DNA of 64,000 nt from Ruditapes philippinarum (lineage: Eukaryota). Below, piece by piece: positions 1 to 12,251 of this stretch. A model generated the notes under the pieces. The model was not told the origin of the DNA. It made no database searches and was given only the letters and a program-made list of their open reading frames with translations. Position numbers and translations under genes: made by a program. Location: contig NW_026852009.1 in NCBI RefSeq assembly GCF_026571515.1, positions 1-64,000 on the forward strand, written 5' to 3'. Position 1 is the first letter of the stretch. Each line of letters opens with the position of its first letter.

Positions 1-476
1 AAAAACCCGTGAAGCGTATTAATGCGAGACAGATTTAGGTTTTAATGTGTAAAATTAATGCCATAATTATAGACTTTGGAAATTGGAGGAAAGGTGTTGA
101 ATTATGAAAAATTCTTGAAATAATACCACGTAACTAGATTATTGCATGAGAAGAAAACATTTATATCAGTGTATAGGAAGTAAAGATTACTCATAAAATG
201 GGATTTGATTAAAGTATATGTTCTGCTTATGATACGTCAATGATGCTTCTCCGTAAAAAAGCATAAATCAATAACAATACAAACTTTGTTAGACTCATGA
301 TCTGTCTTTGAATAAACAGAAAAAGAATAAATTTACTAACCATTTTTCATTTCCACATTTTCTCTTAATAACTGGCCGTTTCATGCACAAAACAATTCTG
401 GACCATTTACCAATGCACTTATTTATTCAGTCTGTCTTCTCTGAATTACACACAAGAACCATAGCATCTAACGAAG

Positions 477-3400
477 ATGAGTTCTTCAATTGATCTTGAA
501 AGCGACAGAAGAGACCATTTTGAATTGTCATTATCGGGCAGCAAACAATTTAACAGAAGCAGTAAAACTATTTGTGCAATATGCTTGGACAAATACCAGA
601 AAAACCCAAAATATTTACAATGCTTGCATGCGTTCTGTGAACAACCATGCCTACAGCGTCTGCTTGACAGGTAGGTGCATTAAAGTAGCAAATATTTACT
701 TAAAGACATATGGTTATACCACACTGAAGATAACAAATAACATTTTATATCAGATATGTAACAGATAATAATATTCAGTTGCTTAAAAGATGCAATGCTG
801 TAAAACAGCTCCATCTTAAGGAGAGACATGAATGAAATATTGGATGAAACATTTAAAAAGAAGATAATAAAAGATGTGCCCGTATATCCATTTCATGAAT
901 AAATTGGTGTAATTATAGATTACTCTGAAAACTCTCAGATTGAGTAAAACGTTATTTATTAAGATTTCAATAGATAAATAAATTTTTGGTATATTATATT
1001 CCTCAACATATCAAGAAAGTGAATGGCGAACCTTTTTTATTCTAAAAAGGACTTTTTACAAAATATTTAATTACTTAAAATATATTCTAAATAAAGATAT
1101 ACCCCTTACGTATTTCAAAGTCCGACAGTGCTTGAAATGTAGTATAAACAGCTTTACCTCTTGTCATTGGGCTACAATTATCTGTTTTTCATATACATTT
1201 TTTTACATATTGCAGGATACACTTGTTTCTCAAAATTATATCCACTAACAGGTATTCATTTATAAATCCCTGAAGTGGAATAAAACGATGTGAAACTGAA
1301 ACCTGTCCATCCCGAATTGCATGTCCAACCATTGACTGCTGTCTCCGAGCTTTAAATGATAATGAAATATAATGCCAATTCTGCTAAATCACGCCCGTTT
1401 AACTCACAACGAGTGAAAAATGTCCATCGGTAAAAATGTTGTGAGCAACTTCCGTTCCTCGTTGTGAGCACCCATCTTTGACGTGTGACACGATAAACAA
1501 GGTGAGTTTTTCATAATTTTTGAAGATTACAGACATTTATGTAAAATATCGAAATGCAGTTAGCTAGCGATGTGTTTTCCGAGTATGCACATGTAAAGAT
1601 ATTGCCTGTTGGTGGACAATTTGATGGAAATACCGTGCGACGCAGTCACTCGGGGTAGCAGGAAAACTGGAGACAACTTCTCTTTGGACCTAATTTAACA
1701 TTGAAAACGTCGATTCTGGTGACGTTTTGTGCATTCTAACATAAAACAGATGCCCACAAGTCTTCAGCGTAAATTATTATCTGAAAGTCTTCATAGAAAC
1801 GAAGATATACCCTTTTTTGCTTTAATCCTCGTTGTGAGCACCATAACCTCGTTGTGAGCAAGACAAGCGCAGTGCTTGTCTGGTTTTAATATGTAATTCA
1901 AATGGCAAGAATAAAATTTTCAATCTACCAAAAGCAATCAAAACGTTTTTGTACAATAGTTTTTCTTTGCAATAGTTCTTCTTTTTCTTTTTTGAAAATT
2001 ATTCTTCATATTCACAAGTCATCAGATTAACAAAAGAATTAATCAGTGGATTTAATCTGCTATTTTATTTCATATACTCTAGTGTGGCACGAGTGAACAT
2101 CACGGGGAGTTTATGAATATTTCAATAATTTCACAATCTGTGTGATACACACATACATGTGTTTATCCTGAGCTGAAGACTGACCAAGTTTTGTTAAACA
2201 AGAACTATCACGGTAAGTTGACAATGCCCCCGAAGTGGTGCTTTGTCCTTTGATTTATGGACCAGATAGATTATTTGTTTTTGGACAATTAGATCTTCAA
2301 TGTGATGGTCATTCAAGGTCAACGTGAAATAAATATAGTTCAGTTTGAAGGTGTCTTGTCCAAAGGTGCATTGTGTCCAAATATAAATTAATTCCACTTA
2401 CTTAAAAGAAGTTATAACCAATGTTAAAGTTTTTGGATGTTCTAGAAGGTCATTCAGGGTACAAGGTAAAACAAATACAGATCAGTTTGAAGGTCTTGCC
2501 TAAAGGGGTGTTGTTTCAAAATGTGAGTAGAATCCGTATGCTAATAAGGAAGTTATGATCAATTTTTAAGTTTTTGGACAATTTGACCTTCAAGTAAAAG
2601 GTCATTCAGGGGTCAAGGTCAAAAGAATATAGGATAGCTGAGAGGCCTTGTCAAAAGATGTGTTGTGCCTAAACATTATGCCAGGACATTATGGCCAATC
2701 TTAAATGTTTTTGGACAATTTGACCTTCAAGGTAAAGGCCATTCAGGGGCCAAGGTAATAAAATACAGGTCCGTAGGAAGGTCTTGTCCTAAGGGATGTT
2801 GTGTTTAAATATGAATCAAATCCGTTTACTTATAAGGAAGTTATGGCCAATGTTAAATTTTTCAGACAGGTTGACGGACTGACAGACGGACAGTTTAAAA
2901 CTAATATGCCTCCCTTTGGGGTATGCACAACGTCTTGCAAAGAAATGCTGTTGTGCAAAAACGTTTTAATTGCTGTGGTAGATTGAAAATTATATTTTCA
3001 CCATCTAAATTACAAATTAAAACCATACATGCACTGCGCTTGTCTTGCTCACAACGAGGTTTTGGTGCTCACAACGAGGATTAAAGCAAAAAAGGGTATA
3101 TCTTTGTTTCTATGAAGACTTTCAGATAATAAATTACGCTGAAGACTTGTGGGCATCTGTTTTAGGTTAGAATGCACAAAACGTCACCAGAATCGACGTT
3201 TTCAATGTTAAATTAGGTCCAAAGAGAAGTTGTCTCCAGTTTTCCTGCTACCCCGAGTGACTGCGTCGCACGGTATTTCCATCAAATTGTCCACCAACAG
3301 GCAATATCTTTACATGTGCATACTCGGAAAACACATCGCTAGCTAACTGCATTTCGATATTTTTACATAAATGTCTGTAGTCTTCAAAATTATGAAAAAC

Positions 3401-5895
3401 TCACCTTGTTTATCGTGTCACACGTCAAAGATGGGTGCTCACAACGAGGAACGGAAGTTGCTCACAACATTTTTACCGATGGACATTTTTCACTCGTTGT
3501 GAGTTAAACGGGCGTGTAAATGTATAAAAAATTTAATTTTCGACAACCTGGATTACATAAGTAACTTAAGTAAGAGGTGTATGCCTATCAAAAATATTTC
3601 AGATCGGAGAACAACATCTTCAAGTGTCCCTTATGTCGACGAAGTTATAATGTGCTGACCTTTGAATGTGTAGCTTCCGAGTCTGATCCTCTGCTTGGCG
3701 AAAGAACAGAGCAAAGTACAGAGTGTAAGTAATTAGTTTCCTTTTTCACCATTGAATGTAACGAATATAGTTATACTTTTCATTACGTGTTTCAACAATG
3801 ATATGCGTATATTGGTTTTAGTGATACATTTTTTTGATTCACCAGTCAAGTTAAAAACTTTATAAAGAAGAACATTCACCATTTCTATAAGAACTGGGAC
3901 GAATTAATTTACACTACATTTACAGGGAACGCTATTGAAATGTTATAATATACTGAATAAGTATATAACAATTGATACAAGTCGTCTGATTTAATAATTC
4001 ACTTTAAATGAATTGTTTTCTTTTCCAGCGAATACATGTGAACGATTTTACACTTTAAGCGTTTTAGGTAAAGTATATTTATAGTTCGTAAGACAAAATT
4101 GCATCTATTTGATATGTATGTGAAATACTGCTGATTTTTATACATATTCTTAACATTATGCAGAAGAATACAATTATATCTATTCACACGTTTTCATATG
4201 TTATTATACCTTTATAACCTAACCCAACACTGCAGTACCTACGCTCCCTTCGCAGCTCACTGAATACACTCACGTTACTTAAGAAGTGAGCGATAGTGGA
4301 ACATTCGACCGATGCGCAGGAGAGTATGCAGTACCCTGCCCTACTGCCCTAGGCTACTTACCTACTTCCTACGGTACCAACACATAGCTGTGGATCTAAT
4401 CTATTTTTTTTATTTCAGTTGCTGTGTTTCATTTTTGCATCATTAGCGTTGCTAGGAATAGTATTAGGTAAATATACCAGAATTTTGATAAGCTTTCACA
4501 AACATTACATTATTCAATATTTATACGACAAATAAATTCCCCTTGCTGCGATTGGTCGAGACACAATCTCATTTATAACGAACATTGAAATGACATAAAG
4601 GTCGACTCGAAGTGATGTTCATCTAAATAGAGGGTATTGAATAAGTGAAGGATCAATAGAAAATTTATTTAACGAGTTGAATAGAATTATATTATCCCTA
4701 CTGGCGAGCTTAATATTATTTTATTTAACAAGTTTAATAAATTTCAGTAATGAATCTACACGGCTATAATATTTTAATGTATCACATACCCAAAAAGTGA
4801 AAAAGAAACATATTGCATTGAGACGCCTACAGTAAGCGCTCATTACGATATGTTTGTTAAACTCAAATCATGTGTAAATATATATTACCATTTTTACGGA
4901 GTCGCAAAAGCGGCAGGGGTATGTGACAAACAACTTTAAGTCATTAAGCGTGACAGAAAATTTTACCGTCCCTTCATATGATGACTTTACGATAAATAGG
5001 AACTAGGCAACTCTTCCTATTGTGATCAATTATTGTGGTGAAAGCTCGAAACTTCTTTGAAACCTTTAGAACTACCCAGCACTAGTGTCATATGAGGCAC
5101 GTAGGTATTGGCACTATAAGGAATCGAACCAACGATAAATATGTTGAAAAGCAGATATATTAACCACTTGGTCACAGTTTCCTTACGAATTGACAGTGTA
5201 ATTCAAAATCAACGGTAGTTCATGTAATTTTGTTGTTTAAATGCAAACGAAGCAGAAATTAATGCTCGGTGTATATAATGAAACACGATTACATTTGTAT
5301 CATTTTCTGTTATATGCAGGGTCTTATTTTCATGAATGTAAAGAGCTATTGTATGCTTATCAAATTGCGAAAGGGTTGATAGACATTTTCATTGCACTGT
5401 CATACTGCAAAAATCAAACAGGAGTATGCACTTCAATTCTGTTGGTCGTTTCAATCATTGGGCTTATATTAGGTAAGACATTATTTGATATTTGTAGTGT
5501 TAGGAATGTGTTACTGTCACCTCATAAAAATAAAAATAACCCTTCGTAATAATCTTTGTTTGAAATTTCTATGTTATTTTGACTTTTGTGTTTGGGAAGT
5601 GTACATACTATAAGTAAGTATACATTTATCATAAAAGTTTTGTTTTTGAATAACATAGAATTACTGAATGTTCCGAAGTATACATATTTCCAACAATAAG
5701 CAGAATACATCCATTTATATGACAAATAATTATGTTTCTTGTACAGGTACTATGGAAGCCTGGGAGACAACAGAAGACGACAGTCAATGTCAATTTCTAA
5801 TAGTATTTTCCCGCTATTACGTTGTTGCCGACGGCATTATGATCTTATTCATCTTCAGTTGTGCAGGATGTCGATCGGAAGACCTTTACGATTAA
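477..5895 (+). CDS. RING-4TM gene A: C3HC4 RING plus four-TM module; 6 coding exons; +1 frameshift in exon 4 as assembled (pseudogene or consensus error)
   Basis: Exons 477-670, 3603-3724, 4029-4067, 4419-4467, 5320-5472, 5747-5895, all GT-AG. RING CAIC-x12-CLH-x2-CEQPC-x14-CPLCR is split across exons 1-2. Exon 4 is 49 nt versus 48 nt in B, C and D (gctaGGaata vs gctaGaata). Exons 5-6 encode hydrophobic helices (YQIAKGLIDIFIALS; ILLVVSIIGLILG; FSRYYVVADGIMILFIF). Confidence 0.8.
1390..3516. mobile_element. Non-autonomous DNA transposon with about 580-bp TIRs (5'-CACGCCCGTTTAAC) and 5-bp TSD TAAAT, in intron 1 of gene A
   Basis: 1390-~1972 is the reverse complement of ~2935-3516. TAAAT flanks both ends (1385-1389, 3517-3521). 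The paralogous empty site in gene B has a single TAAAT (ttcttcTAAATgtata, ~30771). CTCGTTGTGAGCA is repeated within the TIRs. Confidence 0.92.
2197..2925 (+). mobile_element. pearl/Helentron-type non-autonomous element with four ~135-150 bp internal tandem repeats, nested in the TIR element
   Basis: Starts AACAAGA...ATGCCCCCGAAG. Four units begin tttttggacaatttgaccttcaa (~2277, 2430, 2571, 2709). These are followed by a GACA/GACG microsatellite (2865-2893) and a 3' hairpin-like atgcctccctttggggtat. Confidence 0.7.
5065..5178 (-). mobile_element. tRNA-derived SINE head (degenerate); also present in gene B at ~34395-34487
   Basis: The minus strand shows an A-box-like TGACCAAGTGG followed by the B-box GGTTCGATTCC. 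Confidence 0.5.
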
Positions 5896-7126
5896 TCACA
5901 ATAATCTTGGACTTAATACAGGTGTTAACCAAACAATACTGTATGATGAATATGTATATTTGAAATTTTTCAAAGGAAAATAAAGTCTAGTTCGTTAAAA
6001 TCATTATTCAAAAATATGTGTGACCATTATTCAATTATAACCTAATAAATGTCAATAGATATCGGTTTAATAAGTAAAATGTATATAAACACGAGTATAT
6101 AAATTGCTTATATCTATGAATATACATAATTTAGGTCGACTTTGACATGATAAATCGGAATAAACGTAGTCAATCAACTTACTTTTTGTTATCGTGTTTT
6201 GTTTGTTACTGTAGGTTAGACAGAATTACCGTATCCGTTCTTTGCACGAGCGTTGTCCTACAATTGTGTTCAATGTCCCTAGGAAAGTTTTGAAAAGTCG
6301 CGATTGGTAGGATTAATGGCATACGAATCGATGGAAAACAATAATTACTCATATACAAAAATCGTATTTGAGCAAAACTTTCCCAGAGAAGCACATGATT
6401 TAATTTAATACATTCAAGATATAAAACATGTCAACATAGCCTTTCAATTTGTGTTTTACTCTTCATGATTTTAATTTTAAGTATTATAATAACAATGGTA
6501 TGAATCCCCTTATGTTTTGTATTCATTTTCATTAACTAAGACTTATTTTACATAATTGTTTTTCAAAATATTATACTGACTATTTAAAGTGCCACTATTT
6601 TAATTTATAGTAATAAATGAAAGAAACAATTCATGAAGTCTTATACCAATTATATTCCGGTTGCGGTACTTTGCCAAGTAACCAGATCGCAAAATCATTT
6701 TTTTCGCAAACAAGTGTTTACAAAAAAATCACACTCTGTGAAAACAGACGAATAAGTTCAACGTTTTTAGATAGAATTTTACAAATTTAACTTACATCGC
6801 AACGGGTCAGTCTTCATTGTCTTTAAGGACTAGGCTAGAGCCCGGAGAGTTTTTTCCTGGGTTTTGTGTGGAAACCCTGTTCAAAATGTGCATCAGGATA
6901 GTGTTGAGCCTCGGTAGCATATTGCCATAACGTTTGGAGATATCTTACAATGAACTTTTATGTGCCCTACACCACTGCATTGACGATTTGAAAAATACAC
7001 GTTTTCGAGTATAAATAGACATTTTTTCCAATTATTGACGTTAACCAACGTAAAAATGAGTAAAATAATATCTACTCATATTGAATGAAACGCACCAACA
7101 AGTAAAACATTGACATTTATATGCAG

Positions 7127-7747
7127 GGATATATTATCGTGGATATACAACACCACTGCCTGTTTATCAAATTGCAATTGGAAGCCTAGACATTCTAATT
7201 GCAATGTCTTACAGCATCAGAAAGTATACGAAAGTTTATATTGTATTATTATTGCTGGCTATTTCGACATTGTGGCTTATATATGGTAAGATATTATTAG
7301 ATATTGTTATTGTAAGACTTGTTTCACTGTCATCTCTGTTATTAAAACTTTTCAGATCAAGCTTTGTTCGAAAATTATCAACTTATTTTGGCTTAATATT
7401 TCTATGGGAATTTTACATACTATGTATGCTTTAAACATCTTTTTAATGAAAATTTTGTGACATAAAAGTACTGAATGTCTAAGAAATTTACATATCATAT
7501 ACATTTAACAAAATATATTCACCATTACAACTGAAAATAACTTTGTTTTACAGGCACGAAGGAGGCATGGCAGAAAAACGACGACAGTCAATATCATTTT
7601 CTAACAGTATTTTTTCGCTATTATGTTGTTGCTGACGGCATAATGATCGTCATGATTTTCTGGCTTTTGGGATGTATGAGTGAACGAACAAGAAATATTC
7701 TTACCGAAAATGTAAACATGTCACATGCGTCAATGGATTATTCTTGA
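7127..7747 (+). CDS. Orphan two-exon paralogous TM cassette (equivalents of exons 5-6), open frame and intact splice sites; 5'-truncated paralog or alternative terminal exons
   Basis: Exon 7127-7285 (tgcag|...G|gtaag; GIYYRGYTTPLPVYQIAIGSLDILIAMS...LAISTLWLIYG) and exon 7554-7747 (tacag|; GTKEAWQKNDDSQYHFLTVFFRYYVVADGIMIVMIFWLLG...DYS*). Both begin in phase 1 like gene A exons 5-6. No RING exon was seen in 5896-7126. Confidence 0.7.
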
Positions 7748-7929
7748 TCATATAAATTATAAATGTTCAATATTCAGAAATCCTATTAGAGCATGTAGAT
7801 CAAACCTTTCTCAGAGACAGCCGTGAGATTTAAAAAAAAAACAATGAAAATATTTAATTTTGACTAAGATGTTTAATCTACTGAACATTTTTATTCATTA
7901 TAATAATAAAAATAGCATTTATTCAAAAG

Positions 7930-8370
7930 AGCCATTAAAATCGTTTAATCTAATTATAATTGAAATAAATAATTTATGATATAAAACATTATACAGAAGA
8001 GAATAAATGTTCCAGCCTAATCGATTTCGAAAAGGCTTTTGATTCTTTGCCTTGGGTTTGTGTAAATAAATCGTTGTCACTTTGTAAATTTGGATAAGAT
8101 AAGACTAAAGTAGTTTAGCGTTTTTTCTAAGATTAAAGATCGGATTTCAGCAAAATTTAGCAGATACAAAGTTTATTTTTTATATTTTATATGTCTAGGT
8201 ACAAGGCTAAGCCTTGTAAGGTTAAAAATGTTATGAAGTAAAAAACAAAAAAAAAACACAACCCCCCCAAAAAAAACCAATAAAAAAAACAATGCAGGAC
8301 TTTATATGCGCTTATAACTACATTAAAATGCTTTGGACAGGCGAATCACTATGAGCAATAGAAACTGTGC
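7930..8370 (+). mobile_element. Degraded L1/Tx1-like LINE reverse transcriptase fragment (duplicate at ~12440-12890)
   Basis: 8017-8095 translates LIDFEKAFDSLPWVCVNKSL. The duplicate reads HSGILLLTDFEKA. Both match the L1-clade RT motif xIDFEKAFDS.W. Confidence 0.55.
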
Positions 8371-11300
8371 AGGTATTGTTTCTAAATTGATAGATTTAGA
8401 TAAACTTCTAAATTGTGTTCTCATTACCCAGACACCATAACGAATTCCTGCACAAACTTATTTTTGAAAGATAATTTTAATGGTTTTGTTCAATTATGTT
8501 AAAAGAATGTGCTCTATTCTGATACATTGTCAAACTATCCATTGTTTTATAACTCAAATATTGTGCTTGGTAAAAACATTTAAAAAGTTATGGGTTTATG
8601 CTGGTGTTCAATGTATAGCGCATACGTGTAAGATGAATTTGGTTTTATATGATATCCAAGTATTCATAAACTGCGTTTATTTAACATGGTAGGTAACTGA
8701 TTCTGACTTTATAAATGTGTTTGTACTATGTGAATAAGTGATATAAATTAAATTTCAGGAATTTAATGTTTCACGTTAAACCCACTGAATAGGCATTACA
8801 AAACTTTATAGACAATTAAAGTACATATTACATGTTCTTTCTTTATTTTCATTCTAAGAAATTGACAGATCCCTACTCCGACTGGTCATATAACAAAAGA
8901 TTTAACCATTTACATTGACATGAGCTCTTTTTGTCAGCAAATACGTTGTTGTGAAATGTTAATTGTGATATGATAATTAGAATAAGACAAGCTTAGGATC
9001 TATGCACAGCATAGAATAGTGTATGTAATCTATCCGTTTATGTGAAGAGAGTCTGTAAAATTTCATACAACTAGGTTTTTGATTCTGTCATTGCATTGAC
9101 ACTGATTTGGATTAGATAGAATTATTTTGTTACGAACATGACCAAAACAGTATATGCGTTATCAAAACAGTTATAAAATAACCGGAAACCCGATAAGATA
9201 AACTTGTTATTCTTTTGTATATCACTCTCGCTTAATGCCATGTATGCTGTATATTCACATGTATATGTGATGTACAGGAAGTGTTTTGGTTAAAATTTTA
9301 AATCATAAAAAGCCCATATTTTGTAATGATATCGCAATTGATAAAGATCATGATAAACAAATACCATTTAAACTTCCTGTTTAATATGACACGCAACATT
9401 TCTTTCGGTATTATTTCTTTTTCTTCCACTGCCTTAGGATGACCGTTTGGGTGCTGGTGATTGTAGGGAATTTTTGCGTTTGTGAATGTTGCTCCCACTT
9501 CGTTGATCTTTATGCTTTAATTTAAATTTTGATTATCATTATGTTAACCCCCTCTTTTTTTTTGCAATTTCTTAAAGTGAATATGGTCTGCTTTTATGAT
9601 AATAATAAATCAATGTGAAAAATGTTTTCCCTAACATCTATTTTTTTGTTTAACCTAACAGCATTTTTTGTGTATCGATTAGAGCAAAAAATACATGGGT
9701 CACAGCTTCCAGAAAGAAGGGGACAACTAAGATATGATAATGTTAATTGTTGATTCTGTTGTAAGTTCTCATTCGTTGATATTTGACTTCTTTCAATAAT
9801 CAATAAAGTAATTTCTATTTTACTAACCACAGTATACTCATGTGTTATATGTAAATCTAAAGTTTGTTTGAGAATAAGTGTGACAAAATTAATTCCTGTA
9901 TCACTTTAATATACAACGTTTTTTTAGAAACAACCATACCCTTTTTAGTTTAATTAATTTATCAAAATTGAAAGTGTTAATATGTTTGTGATCTGCCTAG
10001 ATAAGATATGAAAAAAGGTACGTTGATAAATGACAAAAATGTTTTAATCAAAAAATATCGATATTATAGATAATAACATTGTTGATCATGCATTAATTAA
10101 AGATGTGTGATGGATAGTGTTAGCATATGGTATGTAGCTTTTTAATTATTCATAATTATACTAACAGTATAAGTATTTTGTCGATTGTAAACAGTTCCCA
10201 AATATCATCCCTGATACCTCGGGACAACAGTTTGACTGTTCCACAAAAGACCCATGAAATAATTGTTTTTTATATCTCTGATGCTTTGCAATCAAACTAT
10301 TATATATGTTGCAACAACACACCAATAACATTTTTTACAGCCGTTGTAATTGTGAACCGCTTACAACTAAATGCCACCAACGTTTGGTTTTTCTAAAAAC
10401 ACTACCGCACATTAAGCTGAGGCGACGTTCAACTAACCGAATAGTTGCGGACGGCTTTAACGGAAATACCCGGTGACAGCAATGAAACCATTTAAAAATG
10501 TTGACCGGTCAACAGTTCATTTCATCACTGTGCATGCATAGAATTTCAGTGGTTCATTTGAAGCAAACAGTTGTAAATAATGAATGAGTATAAACAGAAG
10601 GCGTTAGGTAATAATAGATATGAGTGGTGTTCCTTGATATTATTACTAAACACTTTAGTGAATATATGAAATATTATTAATGGAATATAAACATAACACA
10701 GTCGTGTGTTTGCTGTAGACTAGACATTGAATTACTTGTACAGAAAGCAAAATTTATTGTATGTAAATATCATGAACAAGAACGAAAATGATCTAAAATT
10801 TTCAACTAATTGTTACATATTTGAACTAGCACTTAATCAACTCTTTACCTTGAACTTGTCTTTTTACGATTATTTTATTATGTAGAACAAATTTATAAAC
10901 ATGTCATAGCATCCTTTTCAAAACATCATCACATTTATGTTGTTATGAACGTTATTTAATTTGATCATATGACCAATCTGACTAAAGTTCAGATCTTCTA
11001 ATTTCTTTTATGTATATCGTATGACGACCGTAAATTTTTCGCCTTCTTTATAATTCGGTTTCTCGAGAAAGCTATTTTAGCCATGCAATCAAACCGGTTT
11101 TTACATAAGAATTAGAACAGGTATCAAAATTCAGTTTTTCGTTGAAGTTAAACAAATTGTTGTTTTTATTAGAAAAAAATATTTGAAGTTATTTTTATCA
11201 ACTCAACTTGAAATAAAAGAGTCATTTCTAGTGAGCAAGATTGTTTCTGCCAGATTAACCTGTCGGCTATATGAACAACGCCATGTTTGTTTTCAAAATC

Positions 11301-11659
11301 GTGAAAATTACGTACTCAGTATTGGTTTTACAGGTTTAAAATTAGATACCCCAAAGGCTTTCCAAAAAACATGAAAGCTCGCCCAGATTGGCGTGTGAAA
11401 AAACTCGCCATTTAAAGAAATTTTGTATTTGGGCCCCGGGCAGATCTAAAAAACGGAAGGGGTTTTAAAAAAAAATTTTTTTTAGAAAAATCTATCACAC
11501 AATACTAAAAACCCTTTTTACACTTTCCCTTTTTTATAATGGCGCCCCAAATTTTATTTTGAAGAAATTTTACCCGCAATAAGTGCTATTAAATCAGCCT
11601 CAAAAACTCATATGTTGCATTTTTGTCTGTTCTTATTTGACAAATATACCCGTTCTACA

Positions 11660-12251
11660 ACCCGTGAAGCGAATTATTTTACACTACCATTTACAGGGAA
11701 CGCTATTGAAATATTATAATATACTGAATAAGTATAAAAATATCAATTGATACAAGGATCAACAAATTTCGACATTGTGGCTTATATATGGTAAGATATT
11801 ATTAGATCTTGTTATTGTAAGACTTGTTTCACTGTCATCTCTGTTATTAAAACTTTTCAGATCAAGCTTTGTTCGAAAATTATCAATTATTTTGGCTTAA
11901 TATTTCTATGGGAATTTTACATACTATGTATGCTTTAAACATCTTTTTAATGAAAATTTTGTGACATAAAAGTACTGAATGTCTAAGAAATTTAGAGATC
12001 ATATACATTTTACAAAATATATTCACCATTACAACTGAAAATAACTTTGTTTTACAGGCACGAAGGAGGCATGGCAGAAAAACGACGACAGTCAATATCA
12101 TTTTCTAACAGTATTTTTTCGCTATTATGTTGTTGCTGACGGCATAATGATCGTCATGATTTTCTGTTTTTTGGGATGTATGAGTGAACGAACAAGGAAT
12201 ATTCTTACCGAAAATGTAAACATGTCATATACGTCAATGGAGTATTCTTGA
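11660..12251 (+). pseudogene. Doubly deleted RING-4TM paralog: upstream region joined to an intron-2 fragment, then to the 3' end of exon 5 and an intact exon 6
   Basis: acaacccgtgaagcg (matches positions 1-16 and ~29186) is fused to an ~85-bp match of 3901-3981, then to atttcgacattgtggc (matches 7261). Terminal exon 12058-12251 is open. Confidence 0.78.

Noticed and set aside
3926-3960. Acceptor-like tttacag|ggaacg in intron 2 of gene A
   Set aside because: In-frame TAA after six codons, and not present in gene B.
5065-5178. tRNA gene
   Set aside because: A/B boxes are present but no cloverleaf is evident; treated as a SINE head.
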